Counted from the first letter of the stretch, positions 49,601-63,287 are shown. The stretch is 64,000 nt of DNA from Cyanophora paradoxa CCMP329 (GCA_004431415.1 QPMI01000062.1:496001-560000); one strand, 5' to 3'. Translations and numbers: made by a program. Notes: generated from the letters alone by a model not told the origin.

Positions 49601-52600
49601 GGGGCAGAGGCGCGCCGTTGACGATGACGAGCATCTGGGCGGGGCGGGGCGGAGCGGGCGGTCGGAGACCGGCGGGCGGGCGGGGGCGGCCCTGCCCGGA
49701 CGGACCTGCTCAGAGCAGGTGTGGATGGCGTGGCTGAGCTCGCGCTGCTCCTCGTCCAGCGCCGTCTCCCCCAGCAGCTCCCCCAGCCCCAGCACCCCGT
49801 TCTGCCCGCAGCCGCGAGCTCAGACGGGGCGGGACGCGTCGCTTCGATTCAAGGGAGGAGGAAGGGGCACCAGGGGCGTGCGCAGCTCGTGGATGGTGTA
49901 CGCCTGCGCACGAGGGCCCCGGAGCGTCGGCGGGACGAGGGGCGGGGCGGGCGGCGAGGAAGCGGCGATACTAAAGATGCTTCAGCAGCTGAAGGCGCAC
50001 GAGGAACCTGCTCTTGGTCTCGTTGATCGCCTCCGCCTCGATGCGCCGCCGCTTCTCCGTGATGTCCTGGCAGACGAAGTGAGGCGCGGGAGGGAGGGGC
50101 AGGCCGGAGAGGCCGCTGGGGCGCCGGGCGCCTGCCCGATGGCGACGGCGCCGATGACGGCGCCGCGGGCGTCGCGGCGCGGCGTGGCGGAGAGGAGCAG
50201 GCGGAGGTCGTCGCTGGTCGGGGGCACGCGGAGGCAGAGCTCGGCGGGGGCCGCCCCCGCCGCCTCCTCGCCCCCCCGCAGCGCGCGCGAGAAGAGCGCC
50301 TCGGCGGCCGCCCGGTCCTCGGGGGCCACCAGCTCGAGGAGCCCTCGCCCGAGCATCCGCCCTGCGGCCCGCCCCGCATCGGACCAGGGAGGGAGCGCAA
50401 GCGGGAGGGGAGGAGCGCTCGCCCTCGGGGATGCCGGTGAGGCGGGCGGCGGCCCAGTTCCAGCCGGCCACGCGCAACTCCAGGTCCACGATGAAGATCG
50501 GCGCCCCCGCTGTGCCGCCGCCGCCTCAGAGGCGGCGGGGCAGGGGCGGGGGCGGGCGCGCCGGTCTCGAGGATGCGCTTCATGTCCTCGCTGGCGACGC
50601 GCGCCCGCCGCTCGCTCTCCACCAGCGCCCGCTCCATCGTCTGCGCCCCCGCCGCGTCGGACCGGGCGGCCACGAAAGGGGCCGGGCCAGGCTGGGGCCG
50701 CGCGCCTTGCGCTGGGAGATGTCCCGCACGACCAGCACGAGCTGCGCGGCCGGACGGGCTCAGAGCCGGCGGGTGGGGCGGCGCGGCGCAGGGGGCGGAG
50801 CGCGCCAGCGAGCTCGCTTCGCCGTCGTACTGCATGCGCCCGACGGAGATCTCGACGGGGAAGCGCCGAGCCGCGTCGGCCGGGGCCGAGACGGCCGGCG
50901 GCGCGCGCAGCGCCTCCGCCTCGAGCACGGAGAGGCCCCCGCGGCCGGCCGCCGCCAAGAACGACGACATGGCCGTCGTGTACTGCGGGCGCGGTGGGCG
51001 AGCCGGTGACGAGCGCGGGGCGGGGCGGGGCACCTCGGGGGCGAAGTACTCGAGGACGGAGGCGGGGGCGCCGGCGCCGGGCCCCTCCCGCTCGCCGGCG
51101 CCGGGCGCGGGGTTGATCTCGCTTGGCCCAGTGCGGAACATCGCGCGCGCGCTCTCGTTCATGTGCGCCACCGACCCGTCGGGCCGCACGACGAGCAGTG
51201 CGTCCGAGATGCCGCCCATGATCTGAGCAGGGGCCGGCGTGAGCTCGAGGGGCCGGCGGGGCGGGCGGGGCGGGGCGGGCCCGGATGGCGTGCTTCATCT
51301 TGGCGAAGGCCTCGCCCACCTGCGAGGCCGGCCGCCAGCCGCCGTGAGCGCCGCGTCTCGGGCCGCGAGGGGCGCCGGGCGGACGTCACCTGGTCCAGCT
51401 CTCGGATCGAGGACGTCGGCCGCGCGCTGCTCTCTACCTCCGCTTTCGGCGGCGGCGCCGAGGGCGCAGGTGCAGGTGAAATAGCGATCGGCAGGGCGGG
51501 CAGCGAGGGGCGCCGGACGGAGGGCGGCAGGTCGGCGGAGGTGGCGAGCAGGACGGTGGGGGCGTCGGCGCCGGCGGGCTCGGGCGCCCGGGGGTATGTG
51601 GCCGGGGAGGAGGGGGGGGCTTCGGAAAGCGGCCGACCGTGGCGAGCAAGGCCCGACCCGCGGCGGCTGAGCTGCGGTCCCGCGGGGGCGGCGCCTGCGC
51701 CGCGGCTGGGGGTCATGGCCATGGGTGCTCCGCCCCCACCCGAGGGGCCGGGGCGCGATCTGCGGCAAGCCGGTGAGCGACGGCCGCGGCGGCATTCGGA
51801 GGCGCGCGGGAGGGGCGGGTCGCACGGCTTAGGGGGCGGCCGCGGGCCGTGGGAGTCCGAGAGGTCGAAGAAGGAGATGTGGTCGAGCTCGTCCCGGAAC
51901 CGCTGCATGGCCCGCCACACCTGCCGCCGGCCCCGCACCGGAGTAAATGAGCCGCTCCAGCCCCGCGGGGCGCGAGGCACGGAGCGCGGGGCCGGGGCCG
52001 GGGCTGTCGCGGGCACCTCGAATATGACGAAGGCGCTGAGGAGGAGGGCCAACGCGCAGGAGACGCCCGACACGATCGCGTTCGCCACCGTCAGCCGCCG
52101 CACGTTCCCCGTGATGTCTGCCCCGCCCCCGTCAAGCTGGAGATCTCAGCGCCGAAGAGCGAGAAGCCCAAGGGGGCGCGCCGCTCTCGGGGGCGGCGAC
52201 GGCGACGAGGAGGCTCAAGGCGAGGGTGTCGTTGAAGGTGCCCAGGACCTTGAGCCAGCGGCCCACGAAGTCGTCCTTCCCCACCTTGAAGCTCAGCGCC
52301 TGCGCGCCGGGCGGAAAGGAATTAGAACTAGATCGAGCGGGGCTGGGCCAGGCGCACGTGCTCCTCGTCGATCTCGTCGTAGGCGGCGGGGTCGAGGCTG
52401 GCGTTGCCGTGGAGCGCGTGCACGTCCCCGGGCAGCGCGAGGAGGAGCGCGCGGAGCTCAGGGTCCGCCAGCTCCGGCGTCGGCACGAACTCGTTGCTCG
52501 TCCCCTGCTCCAGCACCAGCGGACCCCGCCGCATCAGGATCTCCGGGTTCTGCCGAGAGTGTCGGCTGAACGCGCGGGCGCGCGAGTTCCGCGGGCCGGC

Positions 52601-54208
52601 CCGTCGCGCACACGCCAGCCGATGGCGCGGCGGGCCCCCGTGTTGTCGTCGGCCACGATCGCCGTGAAGCCTGCGAAGGAGGGCGCTAACGAGGCCGGAG
52701 GGGCCCCGGAGCAGGGCGCCGGCGGACCGTTCTCGGCGACCCGCACGGAGGAGAGGTATTCGGAGATGCCGAAGGACTGGAACCCGATCGTAACCTGCGC
52801 CAGCCCGCCCGCCGCCCGCGGTCGCCATCAGGATAGTCTGCCTTCGATCGGGGCGCGGCGCTCGGGCGCGCCACGGCCTTGAGGCCCTCGCTGCCGTTCG
52901 TGACGGCGGGCCGCGGGCGGTCTGGGGGCGAAACCGCGCTCCGGGTGACCGAGGGGGAGGGCCTGCCGCCGTGACTGTAGATCGGCGTGGCGTAGATGAA
53001 GCCGCTGCGGCCAAAGACGAAGGGGATGGCGGGGGTCCAGATGGGCGCCCCGCTGGCGACGGCGCTCTTGTAGAAGGGGCGCGTCCTGAAGTCGTACGAG
53101 TCGTTGCGCACGACGTCGAAGGCGGAAAGCTCGCCCGTCGCCCGGTCCACGTACGACGTGAAACGGTCCACGACCTGCACCCGCCGCCACAGAGCGTCGG
53201 GGAACAAGGTCGCGAGGGCGGCACTGGTGGCGGCTGTAGAGCTGGGCGCGCGTGCCTGGGAGCCGGCGGCGGCGGACGCCGTGGCGTTGATGCGGTACTC
53301 GATGACGCTGTGCGCAACAAAGCGTCATGATCAGCGCCAGCTGCAGGGGCCGGCCGTCGGGCCGGCCGCACCTGGTCGGGAGGAGGGCTTCTGGGTGTTT
53401 CCTCACGAACTCCGGCGCCTCGCGCTTCACCAGCATAGACTCGCGATTCGGGAGCCCCACGCTGTAGTATTCGAAAGTTTCGTAGCCAGGGACAAGTAGT
53501 TCGGATATGTAGATCGCCGCTATCTCGGGAAAGTTTGCTGACGTGATGGTCTCCTCGTCGCCGACTGTGGCGCGAACGGAATTGCTTGCCCTTCGCACCG
53601 GCCGCGGGGTCGTCAGTGAGGGCCGGGCGCGGACCGCGGTGGCGCGGGGCTCAATCGCTGCGCTCACCGCGCGGCAGCGCGTTCCGTTCTGTTGATTAAC
53701 GACCCGACATGCTCCTGCAGACGGTACCCGATCTGGTCGAGAAAGTAGGAGGACAGGCGCTCGGCGCTTCGTTCGGCGTAGTGGTTCGAGACGACCGTAA
53801 TGATCTGCGCGGAAACGATCGGACATCATGCCGGGGTGATGGAACAAGCCAGGATGATGGGACACGGACAAAAGCGCGCAAGATCCCGTGCGCGCGGGAC
53901 TCCGGACGCGGAAAGAAGTGCCTAGGAACACAATATAGAGGCATTGCACAGCTGCGGGCGAGCGAGCGCGCGAGCGCCCAAGCTGCAGGCGCCCAGAGCA
54001 CGCGCACCACAGTCGAAGAGATAAGCAAGAAGAGGAGAGCTGCGCACACAAAGGAAGCTTCAGGCACAAGCACGGCGGTACGCGTACGACCTAGCGCGTA
54101 CACGGACGCGTAAAGCGAAGGGGACATTGACGCACCGGGGAAGATGACGGAGACCAAGCCAACGCGTACTTTCGTGCCCCGCAGACGCTGCAGGAAGGCT
54201 CGCATCAT
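46440..54208 (-). CDS. Hybrid sensor histidine kinase copy 1 (TM-dCache-TM-HAMP-PAS-PAS-HisKA-HATPase-pseudoREC-REC)
   Basis: N-terminal hydrophobic segment, [15 protein letters not shown] (Cache), TM2 [28 protein letters not shown]|VGEAFAKMK (HAMP), two PAS domains, TKSRFL|[11 protein letters not shown]|NG, GDPCRLK|Q|[37 protein letters not shown]|MP and LLAK|P. One apparent 1-nt deletion at 46853-46856. Confidence 0.9.
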
Positions 54209-54709
54209 TCCGAATGCACTCCCGGGCTGCAATGCGTTCCGAAATATTCGTATCCCGGAGTTCGATTGACGTACCCGTACCCCCAGAATTTGATCCAAGC
54301 GCTAGCCAAGCGATGCAAATGTGAGCTCGATGCAATGCATAGCGCTAACAAATGGCACGAAAGCAAAGCATGCGCAAAGCTCGCGCATGCCTGTAAATTG
54401 AATGAGACAGTACAGTGCCGTGGAGGGACGGGCGCGTACGCGTGGCTTGCTGTGTCAGAAGAGCCTAGTTTACGGTGCGGCTAGGCGTGGCCATGCGTGC
54501 TGTGCAGTTCTAGCAGGCTGGCGGCGAGAGCGAGCAGAGCTGGTACTTCCAGGAGCAAGCACAAGTGCCGGGTACAAGTGTGTCACCCGAGGTGTGTGCC
54601 CGGGAGGGGTACATGAAAAGTATTGGGGGTCCAATCGGCGCACTCAATACGAGCGCTGCGGAGACTAGGCCAAGCACTACGAGTAACGCGACTCGGGGTG
54701 CCGGCTCCT

Positions 54710-54959
54710 GACGGCATAAATTTTTTTTTGGTGAATTACCGGCCACAGTCTCTAGACACCAGCACTGCGGGGGCTGCCCAGGGGGCATAAAGACAAAAAA
54801 GCAAAATAACTAAGACAAGAGCACGAAGAAAGATAAGACAAAGAGCCAAAATCGACAATAAAAAAGGAAAGACACAGAGCTCGAAACAGATCGATAGCGA
54901 GAAGAGACGATAAATCGAGCAGATCTAGGGACAGAGGAGAACTGACACGACGGCATAAA
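54710..54959 (-). mobile_element. Short 5'-truncated non-LTR retroposon-like insertion with poly(A) and 11-bp TSD
   Basis: GACGGCATAAA directly repeated at 54710-54720 and 54949-54959. The enclosed 228 bp starts with T9 (A9 tail on the - strand) and is pyrimidine-rich on the - strand, like a 3' UTR. Confidence 0.55.
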
Positions 54960-55047
54960 GCCGTGAGGCAATATGTGTCTTAATTAATATATATATTGCT
55001 TAAGTTGATATCTGGCCTGCGCGCGCATGCAGATAGGCGCCCCGGCA

Positions 55048-58000
55048 CTACGGCGGCCGCGGGGCCCCTGCGCCGGGCTTGGGCCGGCGCCAGGCGGAGA
55101 AGCGCTCGACGGTGCCGAGCACGTCGTCCTTCCGCACCGGCCTGCAGGGCGGGGCGGGTCAGGTCAGAGCGGGCCGCGGGGCGGGGCGGGGCGGCGCGCT
55201 TGGCGAGGAGGGCATCCATGCCGGCGTCGAGGCAGCGCTGCAGCGACTCCGCCACCACGTTCGCCGTCAGCGCCTGACCCGCCCCCGCCTCGACCCGAGT
55301 GAGCGGCGCGGCACGCGGCGGGCGCGGGCGCACGACGATGGCGGAGGGCGGGCCCCCCGTCTCCCCCGCCGCCTCCTGCCCCGCCCGTCAGCGCGCCTGG
55401 TGCGGGGCGGGGCGGGGCGGGGCGGGGCGGGCCAGGCGGCGGATCTCGCGGGTGGCCCCCGTCCCGTCCAGCACCGGCATCTGCCCCCGGCCGGCGGCGT
55501 CACGGGGGCGGGGGTACAGGCGCGCGGGCCTCGGGCGGGGGTACGCGCCTCCATGTCCATGAAGACGACTCTGTACGGGGCGTCGCCCCGCGCCGCCCTG
55601 CGCCCCCGTGAGCCGAAGCGGCGGGGGCCAAAGCTACAGACGAGGTGTACCGGGCGCGGACGCGATCGAGGGCCTCGGCGCCGTGGGCGGCCTCGTCGCA
55701 CGCGAGGCCGCCCTTCTTCAGCAGCGACGCGCACACCTTCCGGCTGCCCGCGAGGTGAGGGCCGGCCGGCGGGCGGGAGGCACTGGACCCGAGGGGCGGG
55801 GCGGGGCGGGGCGGGGCGGGGCACTTGAGGTCCACGTCGTCGACGACCCTGCGCCGGCGCGTCGGCTAAGGCGGCGGCGGCGGCGGGGAGCGGGGGGCCG
55901 GCGCACAGGATCCCCGGCTGCTCGGCCGGCCGCTCCGCCGCCTCCGGGGCCCCGGCGGGGCCCGCAGGTCGGAGGCCGCCGCCCCGCGCGCCCCTCCGGG
56001 CCGGCGCCTTGCGATCGGGAGGGGCCGGCGGGGCGGCGCCGGCTCGGGCGCCGCCGCGGGCAGCTCGGGCCGGGCGGCGGCTCCGGCGCGCGCTCCCCTC
56101 CGGGTACGGCGGCCTCCCGCGGGCCCGGGCGGGGGCGGCGGGCTCGAGGGGGCCGCCGCGGGCGGCCGGGCGTCCGGCCGCACCTCGATCACCGCCGCCT
56201 CCGCCTCCGCCCCCGGGGCGCCCTCTTGCACGGTCCCAAGCCCGTCCTCCGCCCCGGCCGCTGCCGGAGGCGCCTCGGCCTCCGCCCCCACCTTTGCCTC
56301 GGCTTCCGGCCCGGCCTTCGCCTCCGCCTCGGCCTCGGCGTCGGCGTCGGCGGCGGGGGCGACGGATTCGGCGGCAGCGAGGGCCTCGAGGGCGCGCTGG
56401 AGCGTCTTCACGAACTTGTGGTACCGCACCTGCGCACCGCCCGACAGTCAGCTTGGACCGGCCGGCAGCGGGGCGGAGCAGCGCGCACGGGCTTCACGAG
56501 GGGCAGCTCGGAGACGAGGGCGGGGCCGGCCTCGCCCCGGGGCGGCGCCAGGGTGCACTCCGGCGGGGCCTCGCTCGCGCACGCGCGGACCGAGGGCCGC
56601 CGCGAGGTCGAGCGCCGGCGGTGCGCGCGCGCGGAGCGCGGGATGGGCGGCTCCAGGCACACCAGCGAGGCGGCGGCCGAGGCGGCGGCGGCGGCGACGG
56701 GGCGGCACGGGACCGACTCGTCGAGCACGAGGAGGGCGCGGGGCGGGCGCGGGGCCGCCGGGTCGGGCGGCGGCTCGTCGGGGCGGCGGGCGCCGGAGGC
56801 GGGGCGGGGCCAGCCGGCGGAGCGCGCGTACTCGAGGACGATGGCGGCGACCTCGGAGTCCGGATGGACGACCCAGAGCGGGGGGTACTCGGCGAGGCCG
56901 GCGGGGAGGGCGAGGCGGGGCGGGTAGAGCGGCGGCTGCTCGTTCGTGTGGCGGCGCGGGGGCAGCGTGGCGAGCGACGGCGCGTCCTCCAGCCGCGCCG
57001 CCGCCGGCCCCGGCGCCACCTCCTCGTCCTCGGCCTCAGCCTCGTTTCCGCCGGGGCCGCCGGGCTGGCTGGGCGGCCCGCCGCATTCGTCGACCAGCGG
57101 GAGCGGCACCTGCGGGCCCGGGCGTCAGGGCGCGGGCTGGCGTGCGGGGCGGGGCGGGCCGGCGGGCGGGCCTCGACGGTGAAGGTGGAGCCGACGCCGG
57201 GGGCCGACTCGACGGAGACGGTGCCGCCCATCAACTCCGCCATGCGCTTCACGATCGGCAGGCCCATCCCCGTGCCCCCGTACAGCCGCGTCACGCTCTG
57301 GTCCGCCTGCGCCACCGCGTCAGGGGCCGGGGCCGAGGGAAGGGCGTGAGGGTACGCGGAGCGCGCCTGGGCGTAGTCCTGGAAGATGCGGTCGATGCCG
57401 GCGGGGTCGATCCCGAGCCCCGTGTCCTTCACCTGCCAGCGCGCCTCGGGCGAGGCGGGGGAATGGTAGGCGGGCGGGTGGGGCACGTCGATGTGGAGGC
57501 GCGTGTGGACGCGGACGACTGCGGCAGCGGGCCCCGCGGGGAGCACCTCGCAGGCCACGATCACGTGGCCCTTGCGCGTGAACTGCGCCGGCTAAGGGGC
57601 GCGGGCGGCGGTGGGAGGGGTACAACGGGAGGCGCGCCTTGATCCCGTTGTACGCGAGGTTCATGATGATCTGGCGGGGGGTCGGCGGGGCGAGGCGGGG
57701 CGGGACGGACGAGGCAAAACCGGCACCTGCCTGCGGCCGGAGTCAGGCGGGGCGTGAGACAGGGGGCGCGGAGGGGGCGGGCTCACTTGAGGCGGCAGGG
57801 GTCGCCGACGAGGCGCGGGCAGCGCTCGCCCGCGCTCGGAGGCGGGATAAACGACGCCATCTCGATGCCCTGCAGGGGCGGATCCGGACGAGCGGTGAGG
57901 CGGGGGCGAAGCGGCGGGCGGCTTTGAGGGACGGGCGGGGGGACCTTGGAGAAGGCGGTCGGGGCGACGACCTGCCGGCGCCGGCGTGCACGTGAAGAAG

Positions 58001-61000
58001 GCGGCGGGAGGCGGGTTTTGGGGGTACACCGCGCCTCGATGAGCTCCTCGAGGACGGGGCGGAGGTCGAAGGGGATCGCCTCGAGCTCGATCTTGCCCGC
58101 CTCGATCTTGTGCAGGTCCAGCAGGTCTGCCGGGCCGGCGCGGTGAGGCGGGGAGGGAGAGAGGAGGGGGGCAAAGGCGCGCCGTTCACGATGACGAGCA
58201 TCTGGGCGGGGCGGGGCGCGTGAGGGGGATCTGGGGCGGGGGGCGGGCGGGGCGGGGCGGGCCTGCTCAGAGCAGGTGTGGATGGCGTGGCTGAGCTCGC
58301 GCTGCTCCTCGTCCAGCGCCGTCTCCCCCAGCAGCTCCCCCAGCCCCAGCACCCCGTTCTGCCCGCGAGCTCAGACGCGGCGCGGGAGGCTCCAGTGCTG
58401 CCGGGGCACCAGAGGCGTGCGCAGCTCGTGGATGGTGTACGCCTGCGCACGCGGGCCGCGGAGCGTCAGCGGGGCGACGGGCGGGGCGGGCGGCGAGGAA
58501 GCGGCGATACTAAAGATGCTTCAGCAGCTAAAGACGCACGAGGAACCTGCTCTTGGTCTCGTTGATCGCCTCCGCCTCGATGCGCCGCCGCTTCTCCGTG
58601 ATGTCCTGGCAGACGAAGTGAGGCGCGGGAGGGAGGGGCAGGCCGGAGAGGCCGCTGGGGCGCCGGGCGCCTGCCCGATGGCGACGGCGCCGATGACGGC
58701 GCCGCGGGCGTCGCGGCGCGGCGTGGCGGAGAGGAGCAGGCGGAGGTCGTCGCTGGTCGGGGGCACGCGGAGGCAGAGCTCGGCGGGGGGCGCCCGCGCC
58801 GCCTCCTCGCCCCCGCGCAGCGCGCGCGAGAAGAGCGCCTCGGCGGCCGCGCGGTCCTCGGGGGCCACCAGCTCGAGGAGCCCCCGCCCGAGCATCCGCC
58901 CTGCGGTCCGCCCCGCATCGGCCGAGGGGTGATCGCAAGCCCGAGGGGAGGAGCGCTCGCCCTCGGGGATGCCGGTGAGGCGGGCGGCGGCCCAGTTCCA
59001 GCCGGCCACGCGCAACTCCAGGTCCACGATGAAGATCGGCGCCCCCGCTGTGCCGCCGCCGCCTCAGAGGCGGCGGGGCAGGGGCGGGGGCGGGCGCGCC
59101 GGTCTCGAGGATGCGCTTCATGTCCTCGCTGGCAACGCGCGCCCGCCGCTCGCTCTCCACCAGCGCCCGCTCCATCGTCTGTGCACGCGCGCATGCCGCG
59201 TCGGACCAGGCGGCTACGAAAGGGGCCGGGCTGGGGCCGCGCGCCTTGCGCTGGGAGATGTCCCGCACGACCAGCACGAGCTGCGCGGCCGGCGACGGGC
59301 TCAGAGCCGGCGGGTGGGGCGGCACGGCGAAGCGGGCGGGCGCGCCAGCGAGCTCGCTTCGCCGTCGTACTGCATGCGCCCGACGGAGATCTCGACGGGG
59401 AAGCGCTGGGCCGCGTCGGCCGGGGCCGGCGGTGCACGCAGCGCCTCCACCTCGAGCACGGGGGGTCCCCCGCGGCCGGACGCCGCCAAGAACGACGACA
59501 TGGCCGTCGTGTACTGCGGGCGCGGTGGGCGAGCCGGTGACGAGCGCGGGGCGGGGCGGGGCACCTCGGGGGCGAAGTAGTCGAGGACGGAGGCGGGGGC
59601 GCCGGCGCCGGGCCCCTCCCGCTCGCCGGCGCCGGGCGCGGGGTTGATCTCGCTTGGCCCAGTGCGGAACATCGCGCGCGCGCTCTCGTTCATGTGCGCC
59701 ACCGACCCGTCGGGCCGCACGACGAGCAGCGCGTCCGAGATGCCGCCCATGATCTGAGCAGGGGCCGGCGTGAGCTCGAGGGGCCGCCGGCCTCGCCGCC
59801 GGAGCGGCGCGAGCCGGTCGGGGCGGGCCCGGATGGCGTGCTTCATCTTGGCGAAGGCCTCGCCCACCTGCGAGGCCGGCCGCCAGCCGCCGCTGAGCGC
59901 CGCGTCTCGGGCCGCGAGGGGCGCCGGGCGGACGTCACCTGGTCCAGCTCTCTGATTAAGGAGGCCGGCCGCGCGCTGCTCTCTACCTCCGCTTCCGGCG
60001 GCGGCGCCGAGGGCGCAGGTGCAGGTGAAATAGCGATCGGCAAGGCGGGCAGCGAGGGGCGCCGGACGGAGGGCGGCAGGTCGGCGGAGGTGGCGAGCAG
60101 GACGGTGGGGGCGTCGGCGCCGGCGGGCTCCGGCGCCACTGGATATGTGTGCGAGGATGGACCGCGGGCGGCGTCAGAGGGCGGCCAACTGCCGGGCACG
60201 AGGCCCGACCCGCGGCGGCTGAGCTGCGGTCCCGCGGGGGCGGCGCCTGCGCCGCGGCCGGGGGACGCGGGAGCTCCGCCACCAGCCGGAGGGCCAGGGC
60301 GGGATCTGCGGCGGGCCGGTGAGCGGCGGCGGCGGCATGCGGAGACGGGGGCCGGGGCGCGCGGCTTGTGGGCCGCGTTGTGGGAGTCCGAGAGGTCGAA
60401 GAAGGAGATGCGGTCGAGCTCGTCCCGGAACCGCCGCATCGCCCGCCGCACCTGCCGCCGGGCTGCAGTGAGTGGCCCCCGCCCCGCGGGGGGCCAGGCA
60501 CGGCGCGGGCAGAGACGGGAGCCGGACGCGGACACCTCGAAAACGACGAAGGCGCCGAGGAGGAGCGCCAGACCGCAGGAGACGCTCGAGACGATCGCAT
60601 TTGCAACCGTCAGCCGCCGCACGTTCCCCGTGATGTCTGAACCGCCCCTGTCAGACTCGAGATTGCAAAGCCGAAGACCGAAAAGCTCAAAAGGGCGCGC
60701 CGCGCTCGGGGGCGGCGACGGCAACGAGGAGGCTCAGGGTGAGGGTGTCGTTGAAGGTGCCCAGGACCTTGACCCAGCGGCCCACGAAATCCTCCTTCCC
60801 CACCTTGAAGCTCAGCGCCTGCGCGCCGGGCGGAGAGGCGGTCAGGCTCGGGCCCGGGGCGCGCGGGGCGAGCAGATCTAGAACTAGACCTAGAGGGCCG
60901 GGGTGGGGCGCGCGTTCTCCTCGTCGAAATCAACGAAGGCGGCGGGGTCGAGGCTCGCGTTGCCGGGCAGCTCGTGCACGTCTCCGGGGAGGGCACTGAG

Positions 61001-62740
61001 CAGAGCCCGTAGCTCCGGGTCCGCCAGCTCGGCCGTCGGCACGAACTCTCTGCTCGGTCTCTGGCCCGGCACCAGCGGGACAGGGCGCACCAGGATCTCC
61101 GGGTTCTGCCGAGGGTCTCAGTTGCGATCGCGGCGGGGCGAGTTGCGCGGGCGGGCCCGCCGCGCACCCGCCAGCCGATGGCGCGGCGGGCCCCCGTGTC
61201 GTCGTCGGCCACGATCGCCGTGAAGCCTGCACGCACGGCCGCTCACGGGGCGGGGGATGCCTGAGGGCCGGGGGCGGGGCAGGCGGAAGCGGGCCGTTCT
61301 CGGCGACCCGCACGGAGGCGAGGTACTCGGAGACGCCGAAGGACTGGAAACCCATCGCAAACTGCGCCAGCCCGCCCGCCGCCCGCCGCCGCCGTCAAGA
61401 GATGCAGACTTGGATCGGGGTGCGGTGCCGGGGCGGGCCACGGCCTTGAGGCCCTCGCTGCCGTTGGTGCCGGCGGGCCGCGAGCGATCGGGCGGCAGGA
61501 CTGCGCTCGGGGTGCCCGAGGGGGAGGCCCCGCCGCCGTGACTGAAGATCGGCATAGCGTAGAGAAAGCCGACGTGGCCCATTACGAATGGAAAGACGGG
61601 GGTCCAGATGGGCGCCCCGCGTGCTGCGGCGGTCGTGTAGTAGGGAAGCACCCTGACGTCATACGAGATGTTGCGGACGACCTCGAAGGCGGCCAGCGCG
61701 CCCGTCGCACGATCCACGTACGACAGGATGCGGTCCACGACCTGCCCCCCCCGCCGAGTCCACTGTTACGACCGCGAGGGCGCCGGCGGCGCTTCGGCAG
61801 CGCCTCTGAGCGCATGCACCTGGGAGCCGGTGGCGGCGGAGGCCGTGGCGTTGATACGGGACTCAGTCACGCTGATTGGAAGGGCGGTGTAAGCAGCAGA
61901 CAGCAGCGAGCGGGGGCGGGGAGCGGGCCGCGCCTGATGGGGTGGAGGGCCTGCGGGTGCGCCTTGAGGAACTCCGGCCCCTCGCGTCTCACGAGGAGGG
62001 CCTCGTGGTTCGGGAGCGCCAGGCTGTAGTAATCAAAGGCGAAGCCAGGGACGAGCAGCTCGGAAATATAAGTCGCCAATATCTCCTCGAAGTTCGCCGA
62101 AGAGACGGTCTCCTCGTCGCCTACTGAGGCGCGAACGGCATTGCTGGCCCTTCCCACCGGCCCCGGCGTCAGTGAAGGCGCGGGCGATAGGGGCCGGCGC
62201 TCGATTGCTGCGCGTGTTCACCGCGCTGCAGAGCGCTCCGTTCTGTTGAATAAAGACCCGACATGCTCCTGCAGACGGTACCCGGTCTGGTCGAGAAAGT
62301 AGGAGGACAGGCGCTCGGCGCTTCGTTCGGCGTAGCAGTTCGAGACGACCGTAATGATCTGCGTAAAAACGATCGGAGGCCACGAAGGGTGGACATTACA
62401 CGTGCAAGGGCGTCGACAAGAGCGCGCGAGACCCTTAAGCAGAGCCGCCGGGCGCTGAAAGAAGCGCATAGGGGCACCATATAGGCAGTGCTGAGCTGCA
62501 GGCGAGCGAGCGCGAGAGCGCCCTAGGCCTGCATGCGCTTACGCGCACCACGGTCGAAGAGATAAGCAAGCAGAGGAGAGCTACGCGAAGGAAGCTTCAG
62601 GCAAAAGCACGGCGGTACGCGTACGACCTAGCGCGGGACGCGTAAAGCGAAGGGGACATGGACGCACCGGGGAAGATGGCGGAGACCAAGCCGACGCGGG
62701 CTGTCCTTCCGCGCAGGCGCCGCAGGAAGCCTCTCATCAT
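55048..62740 (-). CDS. Hybrid sensor histidine kinase copy 2 (same architecture)
   Basis: Colinear paralog of 46440-54208 with the same intron positions. HELRTPL, GGTGMGL and FMDME|MP are intact. The Cache motif reads YDVRVLPYY. Confidence 0.92.
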
Positions 62741-63287
62741 TCGGATTTTTGCTCGTGCGCTCCCAGCCGCTTTTGTCTTGCAAATTCAAGTATATATATC
62801 CGTACCCCCTGGTGTTGAAGTTTGCGTACCCCCGGATCCAACGTGACTCAGTGAATCTAGTTGTAGCACCTAACGCCCTCGGGTGGCGCTGTTTGGAGGC
62901 AAGGTATAAGGGGACAGGGGTAGCAGCATTGGCCCGGAGTCCGGTGGGGCGCCGATCTTTCCCGGAGTCAGGCATGGGGAGCAGTAATACTATGATAGTG
63001 GTGTGAGATCAAAATACGTAGTACGAGTTTTTTTGGGGGTGTAAAGCGTGACTTGGCGGGGGTCTATGAATGATGATCCGTATTCGGGATCGCTTATCTA
63101 GCCTCGACTAGCAGGCGGAATACAGGAGCCGATCAGCACCAGGAATGCGCTGTGTGGGTGGTGGGGGGGGGGGGGGGGGAAAGGGGGGGGGGGTTCGGGT
63201 CGGGCAGCTTAGCTAGCAATGCCGAAGCTAGCAGTCGCGGCAACGCGCCAGGACAGCGCCAGGACAGATGCGCAGGGCGTCCCATGA

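Noticed and set aside
63060-63150. Box C/D snoRNA (ATGATGA near 63070)
   Set aside because: No suitably placed CTGA D box or terminal stem was seen.
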